Shown piece after piece: positions 1 through 11,369 of a stretch of 64,000 bases of DNA (its first letter is position 1; each line of letters begins with the position of its first letter). Position numbers and translations under genes: made by a program. Origin of the DNA: Histomonas meleagridis 2922-C6/04-290x (taxonomy: Eukaryota; Protista; Parabasalia); assembly GCA_020184695.1 (NCBI GenBank), contig JAANOX010000216.1:12034-76033 (forward strand). The letters are read 5' to 3'. The notes beneath the pieces were generated by a model. The model searched no databases. It was not told the origin of the DNA and saw nothing but the letters and a program-made list of their open reading frames with translations.

Positions 1-822
1 GTTTGGAAATCAACAATCTCCCAAACGCCTGAAACAGATTTCGTTACTGCTGTCAATTGCCTTCTTTCTCTTGACGACAGTCTTATCGAAGAATTCAAGC
101 TCCAACTTGATACCAACCTTACTTTTTTCTTTGAGCAACGAGAAGATTGTTCACAATTATCAGATACCTTTTCCTTTGATTCTTTTGTCAAGTACTTCAT
201 TCGTTATGGGTGTACCACTGATCTTCTTCAAACCCTTAAAGAAATAACATATTTTGATCAATCTGGTTTTGAACCATTATACTTTCCATTAACCTCATCT
301 GACATAAAAGCAAAGTTTGTTGGATGGTTTTCTCCATATCATCGGAATGATCATCTCATTCCTAATCCCGGCGATTGGATTTGCAACCCGTCAAATAAAA
401 TAAACGTCTTCTCGCTTCACTGCCGACAAGAAGACGATACGATAATTTCAATACACATTTATCACAATCCAACGGAAGACGATCAAAACCGTCGATACTC
501 AGTGAATTTTAAAGATGGTGTTAAAACTAGTCCAACACTTGATATTATGTTTAGAGATATACTATCATTAAGGTACACAAACACAAGACCAAACACACAC
601 GCAGAGAACTCGCGTGGGTATGAAAAATATGCCGATGTGATTGTGAATAAAAATAAAGAAAATCAACAGACAGAACAACAACAAAATGAACATGAAGAAG
701 ATAAATTCGCATCGGGCTCACAGATAACAGATTCCCAATTTCTTCCGTTTATGCAATTTAGCGGTACACAGAACTCACAAAATGGTTTTGGGCCATTCGA
801 TAGTCAGTCAACGTTTTTCTAG
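1..822 (+). CDS. 3' part of a gene starting upstream of the window; hypothetical protein with a possible SH2-like segment and a low-complexity Q/E/S tail
   Basis: Frame 1 is open from base 1 (VWKSTISQTP...) through the track ORF 502..822. The segment GWFSPY...PNPGDWICNPS...FSLHCRQ...IHIYH...YSVNF...TLDIMF has an SH2-like pattern by eye only. Confidence 0.6.
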   Translation, partial: VWKSTISQTPETDFVTAVNCLLSLDDSLIEEFKLQLDTNLTFFFEQREDCSQLSDTFSFDSFVKYFIRYGCTTDLLQTLKEITYFDQSGFEPLYFPLTSSDIKAKFVGWFSPYHRNDHLIPNPGDWICNPSNKINVFSLHCRQEDDTIISIHIYHNPTEDDQNRRYSVNFKDGVKTSPTLDIMFRDILSLRYTNTRPNTHAENSRGYEKYADVIVNKNKENQQTEQQQNEHEEDKFASGSQITDSQFLPFMQFSGTQNSQNGFGPFDSQSTFF

Positions 823-1328
823 TTATGAATTTATTAAAAGTCTTTGAAAATAATTTCTCTATGTAAAAGTTTCGACTTTAGGTATTTATATTAAATAAGT
901 AAATTGTTTTTGATTTTGATTTGATAATATTTTTAGCACATAAATATCATTTCATCAGTTTTATATTGAATCCGTTTAAGAGGCAGTAGTTAATCGAAAT
1001 GTTCTCGACTGGTCCAAAATGACTATTTAGCTTTTTTTGCCCCGCCTCAGGGAATACGTTTGGATTAGATAAATTTGCTTTACAAAAACTGAGTAAAGAC
1101 TATTTAATTATTTGGAAATGAATACCTGGGAAATACTTTAATTTCATTTGTCTGATTAAAACCGTTGTCCTGCTATTCAAATTTAGAAATGTTCAATTTC
1201 CAAACATTTTGCGTGTTTTACTTAAGTAAACAATTCATTACATTCAAAATTACCCAAAATGTTCGATAGATCTTGTGTGCATAAACATTTTCTTATGAGA
1301 AAAATTCAAAAATATTCTACCATCCAAA

Positions 1329-3454
1329 TCAGTTGTATTGATATCCTTGAACATCAATTCCTTTTTGTTCAAGAAGTAATTTAACTATTTCTGTATGACC
1401 ATAATAAGATGCATACATAAGTGCTGTTATAAATAATTTAAATAATTTCCAAATATTATTTTGAAATATAAAATTATTCAAATAAATTTTAAATAAAACA
1501 ATTAAATATCTTTATCATTAATATAAATTCTTTCTTGTTCAAGAAGTAATTTAACTATTTCTGTATGACCATATAAAGATGCTAAAATAAGTGCTGTTTC
1601 AAATAATATAAATAATTTCCATATATTATTTTGAAATATCAAATTATTAAAATAAATTTTAAATAAAACGAATGAATAGATGTAAAATTAATATCAATTC
1701 CTTCTTGTTCAAGAAGTAATTTAACTATTTCTATGTAACCACATCTAGATGCTACCATAAGTGCTGTATCAAATTCTTTAAATAATTTCCAAATATTATT
1801 TTGAAATCCAGAATTATTAAAATAAATTTTATATAAAACAAATAAATATTTTTAGCATTAATATCAATTCCTTCTTGTTCAAGAAGTAATTTAACTATTT
1901 TTATATGTCCATTTTCAGATGCAAATATAAGTGCTGTTCTAAATAATTTCCAAATATTATTTTGAAATATAAAATTATTAAAATAAATTTTAAATAAAAC
2001 AGATAAATATCTTTAGCATTAATATCAATTCCTTCTTGTTCAAGAAGTAATTTAACTATTTTTATATGTCCATTTTCAGATGCATTAATAAGTGCTGTTC
2101 TAAATAATTTAAATAATTTCCAAATATTATTTTGAAATATAAAATTATTAAAATAAATTTTAAATAAAACAAATAAATATCTTTAGCATTAATATCAATT
2201 CCTTCTTGTTCAAGAAGTAATTTAACTATTTCTATATAACCTTTTGAAGATGCTACCATAAGTGCTGTGTTAGCATTAATTCCTATTGCTTTTTGCTTGA
2301 ATAAGAACTTATACATTTCTGTAGAACTAAAATTAAAATTATTTATAATTTGTAAATAAAATAATTAAATAAAACGTTAATTAAATTTTTGATACATTAA
2401 ATTTTTGATATAAAACTATAAATAAATTAATTAAATATCATCATTACTTTTAATCAATATAAATTTATTTTTAAGAATATCTTTAAAAAGTTCTTTATTT
2501 CTTGCAATTAAAATTAAACTTAAAACATTTTTAGGGATTTTATCTATATTATTATTTACAAAATATTTAAATAAAAATATATTTCCAGTTTTAATCGAAG
2601 TTTTGATAAGTTCCTCAAAATTTTTATTTTCTTTATCAATTAGAAATGAAAGTATTTCAAAATTATAATAAAAAACACATTCAATTAATAAATCAGTATG
2701 CATAATATTTTCTGATTTATTTTCATAGATGTATTTAAAAATATCATTTCGATGAAATATAATTGCTGCTTCATATGCACCTTCAAATGTTGAATGATTT
2801 TTGTTCACATAAATGAATGATTTCTTCATTCCCACTTGCAACTGCATATTTACCTGTATTTTCTACATTAGCACCATTCATAAGTAAATATTTAAAACAT
2901 TGAACTGAAGAAAAAAATGCTGCATAATCAATTAATGTAACATTTTCTTCATTTATAAATGAACAACTTTCATAAAGTGATGGTTCAATTTTTTGATTAA
3001 AATCAAAATTTATTTGTGATGATATTTCTTGAAGTTTTTCTACTTCATCATTTCGAATTGTTTTTGCTATTTCTTTTGGATTATGTACTTCTTTAATTAA
3101 TTTCTTATGAAGTTCAAAATCATTCTTTGAAAGCTCTTTGTAATTATCTAAAATTGATTGTAGAAAATTAGATTTTATATTTTTAATTTCGCTTTTTCTT
3201 TTATAGTGAATAAATAACAACGAGTTTATATATCTAATCTTATTTTCTTCAATTATTTTATTTTCAATTAATCTTTCGAGAATATAATTCGATTCTTGTG
3301 TTTTAAAATTAAAAAGAAAATCTGTAAAAATATTAATGATATTATCTTCTTTCGTTTCATTATTTGTATCTTTTTTTTGATTATATAATTCTTCTTCTTT
3401 CATTTTAAATAATTTTATATATTCAAAAATTAATTGAATATTTTCATTTCCCAT
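1329..3454 (-). CDS. DUF3447-type ankyrin gene with interrupted ankyrin modules (locus A1); head frameshifted and probably 5'-eroded
   Basis: ORFs 2783..3454 and 2431..2847 encode the HNPxEIAKxIRND...TLIDYAAFF...AVAxGNxEIIHLCEQ head, split by one extra base in a T5 run near 2798-2802. About six ankyrin modules follow (e.g. TALMVASSKGYIEIVKLLLEQEGIDINAKD), separated by spacers of 80, 71, 80, 80 and 80 nt (2099-2178, 1938-2008, 1768-1847, 1598-1677, 1428-1507). Confidence 0.75.
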
Positions 3455-3850
3455 TAAAAAATACGAATAAAGTAATTGACAAATTATAAGCTTAAATGAA
3501 TATGGATATTGATGGGTTTTAATAAATAATGTTGATTCTTTGAATTTTTCTCCTCAACTTTGTATACAAATGACTTACCTTGAAAGAACCATTATTAACA
3601 GCAATAATATTTCTTAGGTTGGCAACCTTATGATTTTACGATTGATTTGATATCCATTGAGCAAACGTTCGTTTTTTAAAATTAACGTACAATTTCCGAC
3701 CGTTTATTTATTCGGTGTTACCTTTTTTTGAGACATTGGGTGCTTGTGCTTTTGTATTTTTGTATTTTTAGAAATTGTGTGTGTTATTTTGGTTAGATAT
3801 CGTCCAAATTTGGGTGTGAGATTCCTCATATGGCTCACGATTTGGTCTGT

Positions 3851-3858
3851 GACCGTTT
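3851..3858 (+). promoter_or_regulatory. M3-like core promoter motif (GACCGTTT)
   Basis: Lies 40 nt upstream of the ATG at 3898. Matches the Trichomonas vaginalis motif-3 pattern DRCSGYTD as recalled. The same motif precedes several other starts in the window. Confidence 0.5.
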
Positions 3859-3897
3859 AATTTCTGACGAATTTTTTAAAATAGCAATCGGGAGAAC

Positions 3898-6649
3898 ATG
3901 CAAAAACGCGAAACAAATTCAAGTAAAAAAGAAAAAATATTTCCCCAAAACAAAGGACTAGAATTGTTCTCTGAGCTTGAACAAATCATAATGAATCTAA
4001 CAGAAGAAAATATAAATTTTTCAGCTATCCATACAACAAAATTATTTGATTTTTCTTTACCATATTCATTTAATCTTGTTATAAGTCAATTAATTTATTA
4101 TGCATTTTTATCACAAAGAAATAAGTGTACTACGTATTTTAAATTTTTTGAAATTATTCAAAAGAAAGAAGAGGAAAAAATTGGTTCTAAATACAATATT
4201 ATTGAAATATTTCTGAATTATATCATAAAAAATAATTCTCAAGAAGCTCTATATCTAATTGAGCAAATGATTAGACAAAATTTAATTGATGCAAATATTA
4301 CAAAGATAATTCCTTCAAAATATTTTGCTCATTACAAAACTACAACTGAAAACAAAGAATGGATTAATGATCGATTTTTTTCTACTTTTATAAAAAATTT
4401 TGAAGAATTATCAAAGAATGATTGGGAGCTTCATCAGCAATATGTTAAAGAAGGACATAATCCAAATGAAATTGCAAAAATAATTCGAAATGATGAAATA
4501 GAAAAACTTCAAGAAATATCATCACAAATAAATTTTGATTTTAATCAAAAAATTGAACCATCACTTTATGAAAGTTGTTCATTTATAAATGAAGAAAATG
4601 TTACATTAATTGATTATGCAGCATTTTTTTCTTCAGTTCAATGTTTTAAATATTTACTTATGAATGGTGCTAATGTAGAAAACACAGGTAAATATGCAGT
4701 TGCAGGTGGAAATGAAGAAATTATTCATTTATGTGAACAATGTTGTTCATCATTTAAAGGGTCTTATGAAATTGCGATTGAATTTCATCGAAATGATATT
4801 TTTCGTTATCTTTATGAAAATAAAATGGATAATTTGTATGAGGTACATGATACAGAACCTCATAGAGATTTTCTGAAATATGAAGATTTAATAAAATTTT
4901 GTGTTATAAGTGGAAATTATGAAATCCTATCATTTTTAGAAGGAGAAGGAACAAAAATCAATGAATCTATTATCAATGAATCAGCAAAAATTGGTAATGT
5001 ATATCTACTCATTCATTTTCTTCATAATAATAAGAAAATACCAAAAAATATTTTAAGTTATACTATTGAATCAGAGAATGTTGAAGTTGTGGAATATATC
5101 ATTCTTAAACATAGAAAAGAAATCAATTTTAATTCTGTAAATATTTTTTGTAAAATTTCAATGTTTTCATATCATATTTAATAATGAATTATTAAGTTAT
5201 TTAAAACACCTTTGTTATATGTTGCTGAAAAAGGTTACACTGAAATAGTTAAATTACTTCTTGAACAAGAAGGGATCGATATTAATGCTAAAGACATTTA
5301 TTGGTTTTATTTAGAATTTATTTTAATAATTTTGGGATATTTCAAAATAATATTTGGAAATTATTTAAATTATTTAGAACAGCACTTATATTAGCATCTG
5401 AAAAAGGTCATACAGAAATAGTTAAATTACTTCTTGAACAAGAAGGAATTGATATTAATGCTAAAGGTATTTATTTGTTTTATTTAATATTTATTTTAAT
5501 AATTTTCTATTTCAAAATAATATTTGGAAATTATTTATATTATTTGAAACAGCACTTATAAATGCATCTAGATATGGTTACATAGAAATAGTTAAATTAC
5601 TTCTTGAACAAGAAGGGATCGATATTAATGCTAAAGATATTTATTTGTTTTATTTGAAATTTATTTTAATAATTTTGGTATGTTTCAAAATAATATTTGG
5701 AAATTACAAAAAATATTTAAAACAGCACTTATTTTAACATCTAGAGATGGTAATTTAAAAGTAGTTAAATTACTTTTGGAACATAAAATAATTGATTTAA
5801 ATGTTAAAGATGATATTTATTTACTATAATCGATATTATATAATGTAACTTTGGTTTTTAAGCCAAAATTTGAAATTTTACTGTATAATTTGAAACACCA
5901 TTAATTTGGGCCTCAAAATATGGACATAAAGAAATAGTTAAAATACTTCTCGAAAAAGAAGGAACTAATATTAATGCCAAAAATTTTTATGTATTTTATT
6001 TAAGGTTTAAACTAATTAAAATGGATTTCTTAATGATGTTTGGAAAATATTCATATTGTTTCAAACAGCACTTATAAAGGCATCTTCAAGTGGATACACT
6101 GAAATAGCCAAATTACTTTTAGGAAAAAAAGGAATTGATGTTAATGTTCAAGACATTGTTTTTATGTTTTGTTTAGAATTTATTTATACAATTTGATATT
6201 TTAAGTGTGTATTTGGGTTTTATTTAAAATACTTGAAACACCAATTGTGTTTGCAGCTAAAAATGGTCACACAGAAATAGTTAAATTACTTCTTGAACAA
6301 GAAGGAATTGATATTAATGCTAAAGATAAATTTTTGTTAATTTATTTGATAATTATTTTAACGATTTGATATTTTAAAATAATATTTGGAATTTACTTAA
6401 AATATTTTGTACAGCACTCATGAAAGCATCGAGAAATGGTTATGCTGAAATAGTTAAATTACTTCTTGAACAAAAAGGTATTAATATTAAAGCTAAAACT
6501 ATTCACTAAATTTATTTAAAATTCAATTAAATGATATAATATTTCAAAACAATATTTGGAAATTATTGAAATTATTTGAAACAGCACTTGATTTAGCATC
6601 TTCAAAAGGTAATCAAAAAATTGTTGCGTTATTTCATGAATTTTTTTAA
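3898..6649 (+). CDS. DUF3447-type ankyrin gene with nine interrupted ankyrin modules (locus A2)
   Basis: Intact 427-codon head ORF 3898..5181. Modules start at 5206, 5379, 5549, 5722, 5895, 6065, 6238, 6411 and 6581, with spacers of 63, 83, 80, 83, 83, 80, 83, 83 and 80 nt. The terminal module TALDLASSKGNQKIVALFHEFF* ends at 6649. Confidence 0.85.
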
Positions 6650-6800
6650 AAAATTTACTGTCAATAAAAACATTATTGAATAAAATCGTATTTCCATGGC
6701 GAAAACGGTCGCAAGAAGGTTTTTTTCCAGAAAAAACGAATCCTAACATCTAACTAAATGTGATTTATAGGTAAATTTTAGTCTAAAATATTATATTATA

Positions 6801-6889
6801 ACAATTAAAATTTATATCAATTCCTTTTTATTGAAGAAGTGATTTAACTATTTCTGTGTGCCATTATAAGATGCTCTAATAAGTGCTGT
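6801..6889 (-). pseudogene. Solo degenerate ankyrin module of the interrupted family
   Basis: ACA GCA CTT ATT AGA GCA TCT TAT AAT GG-CAC ACA GAA ATA GTT AAA TCA CTT CTT CAA TAA AAA GGA ATT GAT ATA AAT = TALIRASYNG(H)TEIVKSLLQ*KGIDIN, with a 1-nt deletion and a stop. Confidence 0.75.
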
Positions 6890-7360
6890 ATTTGTTCATC
6901 GTTGGTTATTGGGCTATTTTGATGGATAGCTCTGAATGCCTCCTTTGTTGCGTCTGCCTGAAAGAATCTGTTGAGCATGTACTTGACGTAGTTATCGAAG
7001 TCCAGTGTACTTCTTGATGATTTCCTTGCATTCATCTTCGGTAGAAATCTCACCGAGTGATGTAAGGCACGAGTTAAGTTCGTATGGCTCGAGCGTCTTG
7101 CTCTTGTCCTTGTCGAAGAAGTAGAATGTTTTAAGGAATTCGTTAAGTTGTTCTTCAGAGATTTCGATACCTTTAGCATCTGCAATTGCTTTGTCTGCTT
7201 CTTGGATTAATGTCTTAATATGTGATAATGTGTTGCCGAATAATTGTGAGATAGCTGATGGTGAGTTCTCGACTTCAAATTCGAGTGAATCCTTTTCAAG
7301 TTCTTCGTATGATGGAAGGATTTCTTCGACTTTGTCCTTTTGCTTCTGGAAGCGACTAAT
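6890..7360 (-). pseudogene. ACTN: Alpha-actinin C-terminal (EF-hand) fragment, truncated at both ends and frameshifted
   Basis: Manual translation in a frame other than the track ORF gives ...EISEEQLNEFLKTFYFFDKDKSKTLEPYELNSCLTSLGEISTEDECKEIIKKYTG / LDFDNYVKYMLNRFFQADATKEAFRAIHQNSPITNDEQI, typical of the actinin EF-hand region. Codons are C-rich, as in highly expressed genes. No start codon. Confidence 0.75.
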
Positions 7361-7443
7361 TAATTAATTCTTTTCTTTAAGCACTTATCTGTATAATTCA
7401 TTTAAATCAAAAAATAACTCAAAAAGATAATTGATTGCGTTGT

Positions 7444-9480
7444 TTATGTAAATGCTATGAATACGCAAACTGCTTTTCCGTTCTCTCTCTTTGCGCACAG
7501 TGGATAAGCACCGTCTCCATAACCACTGAATGTAATAGCGCCTCCAGGAACCACTCTCATTAGTGGTGCGTCTCTATCTTCAAGTAAAGATGTGTATAAA
7601 ATGGAAAACTCTTGTTTGATTTTTTGATCTTCCTGATTTGCCATAAAAAATCCATCTCTTACCACATATTTTCCGAACCTATTCAATGCCTCCTTATCTT
7701 CAGCCATTACAACGTCATTAGTATTAAAGAAATGTGACTGTGTAATTAGCATTGACATTGCAATATCACTACCAACCAATCCGGACACTTCAAATCCAGG
7801 CATATCATCCACAGGCGTTATCTTGTTTCTCTCAATATTCTCATGATTTCCAACAACTTTCTTATATAAGTTTTCATCTGGGATTTCCTTGAGCACTTTT
7901 TTGTAATCCTTATGAACTAATATGAGTGAATTCACAACCGAATCTCTGTATTGAATTTTTGCCACCCATTTACCCCCTAAACAATTCAGTACTTTAGGCG
8001 ACTTTTCTTCAGTGGCCCATAAGTCGCCAGGGTCGATTCCAAATATTGTTTCACCATCAACCACGTCAACCTCATTATAATCCCTTGGAATTTCTTTCTT
8101 CCATTTCGTCACGGGGATTTCATCAACATTTTTACGTTTATCTTTATCAATAGCTTCAACAATTCCAAGCCATAAAAGCTCATCTTTTCGAAGACAAGAA
8201 CCGCTATGATGTGATGAAGATAACCTCAAACTTGATAAGTCTGACATGTTATCTGGCAGATTTATCATTGCTGCATGGATAACATTATTCTCATTAGTGG
8301 TGACGAACCTTGTGTTTTGGGACTTATAAAAGATCGGGGCTCCAATTTTGGTTAATATTTCGATCTCATCAACTTCTTTGTAATCCTTTGATTTAAATTC
8401 TTTTGGTACTTTTCCAAACCCTTTTACGACTTTATAATTACAATACGGCTTTGCTGGGAGATACATATCGTATTTATTTTCTTCTTTTTTCATATCAAAT
8501 GCTTCTGGATATTTCGGAATATATTGAACATAATTAAGTTCTAATGGTGGTTTGTATTTATATTGATTACTAAGTTCAAATTGGATGTCATTAACGTTAA
8601 TAATTTTCCCAAGTTTATAATTATATCCCGAAATAACATGATAATGTTGATGTTGTTCAACAATGGCTTCTTTAAATACAATTGCAATGCGATCATTGCT
8701 AATGATTGAGATACAATACACTTCGGATTTAATGGCAATGTTAGTAATTCCATGAAATAGCTCATGCGTATTCGGATTATAAAGCGTAAACTCAAGATCG
8801 GCATCGGAGTTATGCGGAAACATCATATTGGATGGCCTGTTAATGGAAAGAAGACCTTTTGTTGGTAATGAAATTGTTGTGAATCCAAAATATTCTGCTG
8901 ACTCATCAATATGTTGAATAATCAGTTCGTCTGACTTAGGAACGAAAAGGAAAAGATGGTGGTCATTAGTAATATAGTATTTACCATCAAATTGTTGAGG
9001 AATAATAATTGGAATATTTTCATTGTCATGATTACGAGAAGAGAATTTGGAATTACAGTATATGCGTTCAGGTGGAATTGGTTTGCCACTGGATGACATG
9101 GCTGTGAGATTGATCGGCTTGATTTCGGTTTCGGTTATTAATAAAGTTTGATGTGATTTGGATAAAATGTAATAATTGCCTTCGAAGTTGATGAGGGATA
9201 AATCGTAATTACTATCAACGTTCTCTTGAAATGTGGATAATATTGTATCAGTATCACGATATAAAAGAAATGCATTAACTCCGTTACAACGAATCCAAAG
9301 AAGGTTTAGGTCTTGAGATAATTGAATTTGCAAATTAGAATATGATTGTTGAAGAAAATCATACTTGGAAAGTAATGGGGACTGTTGAGCATCGAAGAAA
9401 GCAACATTTTTGCTTTTGATGAATTGTACGTCTTCACCATTTTCAATGATTTCGCCAAATGGAGTTGCGTATTTCTGCAT
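7444..9480 (-). CDS. Hypothetical protein (about 678 aa) with a C-terminal FSGYGDGAYP motif (DUF4241-like)
   Basis: Long open frame. The track start is TTG; the first ATG at 9480 is preceded by an Inr-like TCACTT. Confidence 0.8.
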   Translation of the reverse strand: MQKYATPFGEIIENGEDVQFIKSKNVAFFDAQQSPLLSKYDFLQQSYSNLQIQLSQDLNLLWIRCNGVNAFLLYRDTDTILSTFQENVDSNYDLSLINFEGNYYILSKSHQTLLITETEIKPINLTAMSSSGKPIPPERIYCNSKFSSRNHDNENIPIIIPQQFDGKYYITNDHHLFLFVPKSDELIIQHIDESAEYFGFTTISLPTKGLLSINRPSNMMFPHNSDADLEFTLYNPNTHELFHGITNIAIKSEVYCISIISNDRIAIVFKEAIVEQHQHYHVISGYNYKLGKIINVNDIQFELSNQYKYKPPLELNYVQYIPKYPEAFDMKKEENKYDMYLPAKPYCNYKVVKGFGKVPKEFKSKDYKEVDEIEILTKIGAPIFYKSQNTRFVTTNENNVIHAAMINLPDNMSDLSSLRLSSSHHSGSCLRKDELLWLGIVEAIDKDKRKNVDEIPVTKWKKEIPRDYNEVDVVDGETIFGIDPGDLWATEEKSPKVLNCLGGKWVAKIQYRDSVVNSLILVHKDYKKVLKEIPDENLYKKVVGNHENIERNKITPVDDMPGFEVSGLVGSDIAMSMLITQSHFFNTNDVVMAEDKEALNRFGKYVVRDGFFMANQEDQKIKQEFSILYTSLLEDRDAPLMRVVPGGAITFSGYGDGAYPLCAKRENGKAVCVFIAFT

Positions 9481-9866
9481 TTGGAAAAGTGAAGTCAGCA
9501 AATACAAATTTAAACGGCTGTGAACTCACTTTTGAACGCAATCAGCTGACCAGATATCAATTCAAAAATTTACCATCAACGATTTGTACAGTTAAACCCT
9601 CTCTATATTTATCATTATTTTAGAAATGTATAAAAGCTTTTGGTAATTGTCTGGGTGGATAAGAAAGCAGAACTTAAAATATATGGAATAATTATTATTA
9701 ATTATTAATTTTTATCAAGATCAAAAACTTTGTTAGCTTGAGTGCTAGGCTACATTGGCCTTTTGAAATTGGTTGATATTTATTCTATTTTGAATTCTAT
9801 TTTGACAAATATGTGGATTTGTTCCAAATTATGAAATGTCATGTGAAATAGATATTAGACCAATAA

Positions 9867-11369
9867 ATGTCTGTTCTTTTAAGCGGGCCACTAATTAAAA
9901 GACATTTACCAGAAAATGAAGATCCTCCAACAGAAACAGATCGCGTTACTACAATAAGTTTAGAAGAGTTTCTTCAAGATAATGGATCTTTTGAATCCGA
10001 TGAACAAAAAGAACGACGTTCTGAAGTTTTATTCAAGTTAGAAGATTTGGTCAATCAGTTTGTCCGGGAAGTTTACGTGAAAAATTCTAATGATATTTCT
10101 GGAGCACAAAATTATTATGGAAAATTAATTGCTTTTGGTTCTTTTCGATATGACGTATCGAGCCCCGAATCAGACATTGATTCTTTGTGTATTGTCCCAC
10201 AATTTGTCAAAAGAACTGATTTCTTTACAATTTTTTACAGACTTTTATCAACAAATCAACTTGTTAAAAACCTTGTCAAAATCGAAAACGCGTATGTTCC
10301 AATCATTACCATGCAATTTCAAGGGATAGATGTTGATATTTCATTTGCACAACTTGCATTACCAAATATTGATCCTGAAATGGACATTAGTCTTCTTGAC
10401 GATGATAACATTCTTTCTAATGTTGATGCCCAATCTATGCGATCTCTTAATGGTGTTCGTGTTAGTAATATGATTGTTCGTCTTGTTGATGATAAGGCAA
10501 ATTTTGCACTATTTCTTCGATTTATTCGTATGTGGGCCAAAAAGCGTGGTGTATATGGTAATGTTTATGGGTATTTAGGTGGAGTTAATTGTGCATTATT
10601 ATGTGCATTTATATGCCAAAGATATCCAACTGCACTTCCATCTAAACTTGTCCTAATGTTCTTTAAGGACTTAATGTCATGGAATTGGCCTGATCCAATC
10701 TACATAAATACCCCTGCAATCGGACCTTTGCCATCTTGGGATAACAATCAAGGTTCACCGGGGAAGAACGATAAGATGCCGATCATAACCCCCGCGTATC
10801 CTGCGATGAACTCAATGGCCAAAGCTACCAAGTCCACTCGAGATAGGATGGTACACGAATTTAAGAGAGGTTATAAGTATACATTAAAAGTATTCCAAGA
10901 AGGTGAAGAATGGAAATGTTTAATTCAGCCCACGCACTTTTTCGTAAACTGCAGAAAATATGTACGAGTTCAAGTTTGGGCTTCAACTGCAGAAGAACTT
11001 AATAAATGGGTACAAACGGTAGAGGCGCAGATAAGAAAGCTAACACTAGCATTAGAATCGGTAAGATTCATGAATGCTGTTTATGCATATCCGAAACATT
11101 TCGATCGACAAGATGATGAAGGTCATGAATTCTCAAGCAATTTCTTCCTTGGATTGGAATATTGTATTCCAAAGGAAGAAAGTGTGGAAAGAAGAATTGA
11201 CATATCGGAATATGCACAAAAGTTCATCGATGATATGTATGACTCGCCAAACAGAACACCACAGATGGGGCTGTTCATGCATTTGATTGATAGAATGTTG
11301 ATGGTTCCATATGTGTTTGAAGATGGAAGACCAGTCAAAAAACACAGAAAACAGAAAACTGCACCTTAA
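9867..11369 (+). CDS. PAP: Canonical (class I) poly(A) polymerase
   Basis: GSFRYDVSSPESDIDSLC nucleotidyltransferase motif, SLNGVRV, WAKKRGVYGNVYGYLGGV, MPIITPAYPAMNS. Confidence 0.95.
   Translation: MSVLLSGPLIKRHLPENEDPPTETDRVTTISLEEFLQDNGSFESDEQKERRSEVLFKLEDLVNQFVREVYVKNSNDISGAQNYYGKLIAFGSFRYDVSSPESDIDSLCIVPQFVKRTDFFTIFYRLLSTNQLVKNLVKIENAYVPIITMQFQGIDVDISFAQLALPNIDPEMDISLLDDDNILSNVDAQSMRSLNGVRVSNMIVRLVDDKANFALFLRFIRMWAKKRGVYGNVYGYLGGVNCALLCAFICQRYPTALPSKLVLMFFKDLMSWNWPDPIYINTPAIGPLPSWDNNQGSPGKNDKMPIITPAYPAMNSMAKATKSTRDRMVHEFKRGYKYTLKVFQEGEEWKCLIQPTHFFVNCRKYVRVQVWASTAEELNKWVQTVEAQIRKLTLALESVRFMNAVYAYPKHFDRQDDEGHEFSSNFFLGLEYCIPKEESVERRIDISEYAQKFIDDMYDSPNRTPQMGLFMHLIDRMLMVPYVFEDGRPVKKHRKQKTAP

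Noticed and set aside
5143-6580. Spacers as ordinary spliceosomal (GT-AG) or U12 (AT-AC) introns
   Set aside because: There is no conserved 5' GT (the GGTATT at about 5466 is a single case) and no ACTAAC branch motif. The CAG/AC lie inside the Thr-Ala codons and are missing in several modules. No ATATCCTT U12 donor is present.
5143-6580. A single fixed-site -1 ribosomal frameshift per spacer
   Set aside because: Stop positions demand a shift before nt 9 in spacer 6501-6580 but after nt 35 in spacer 5985-6064. Two spacers have stops blocking both frames, and slippery heptamers are not conserved.
6844-7185. Track ORF of 113 aa as a real gene
   Set aside because: It is a chimera of an off-frame actinin segment, an in-frame actinin segment and an off-frame ankyrin module.
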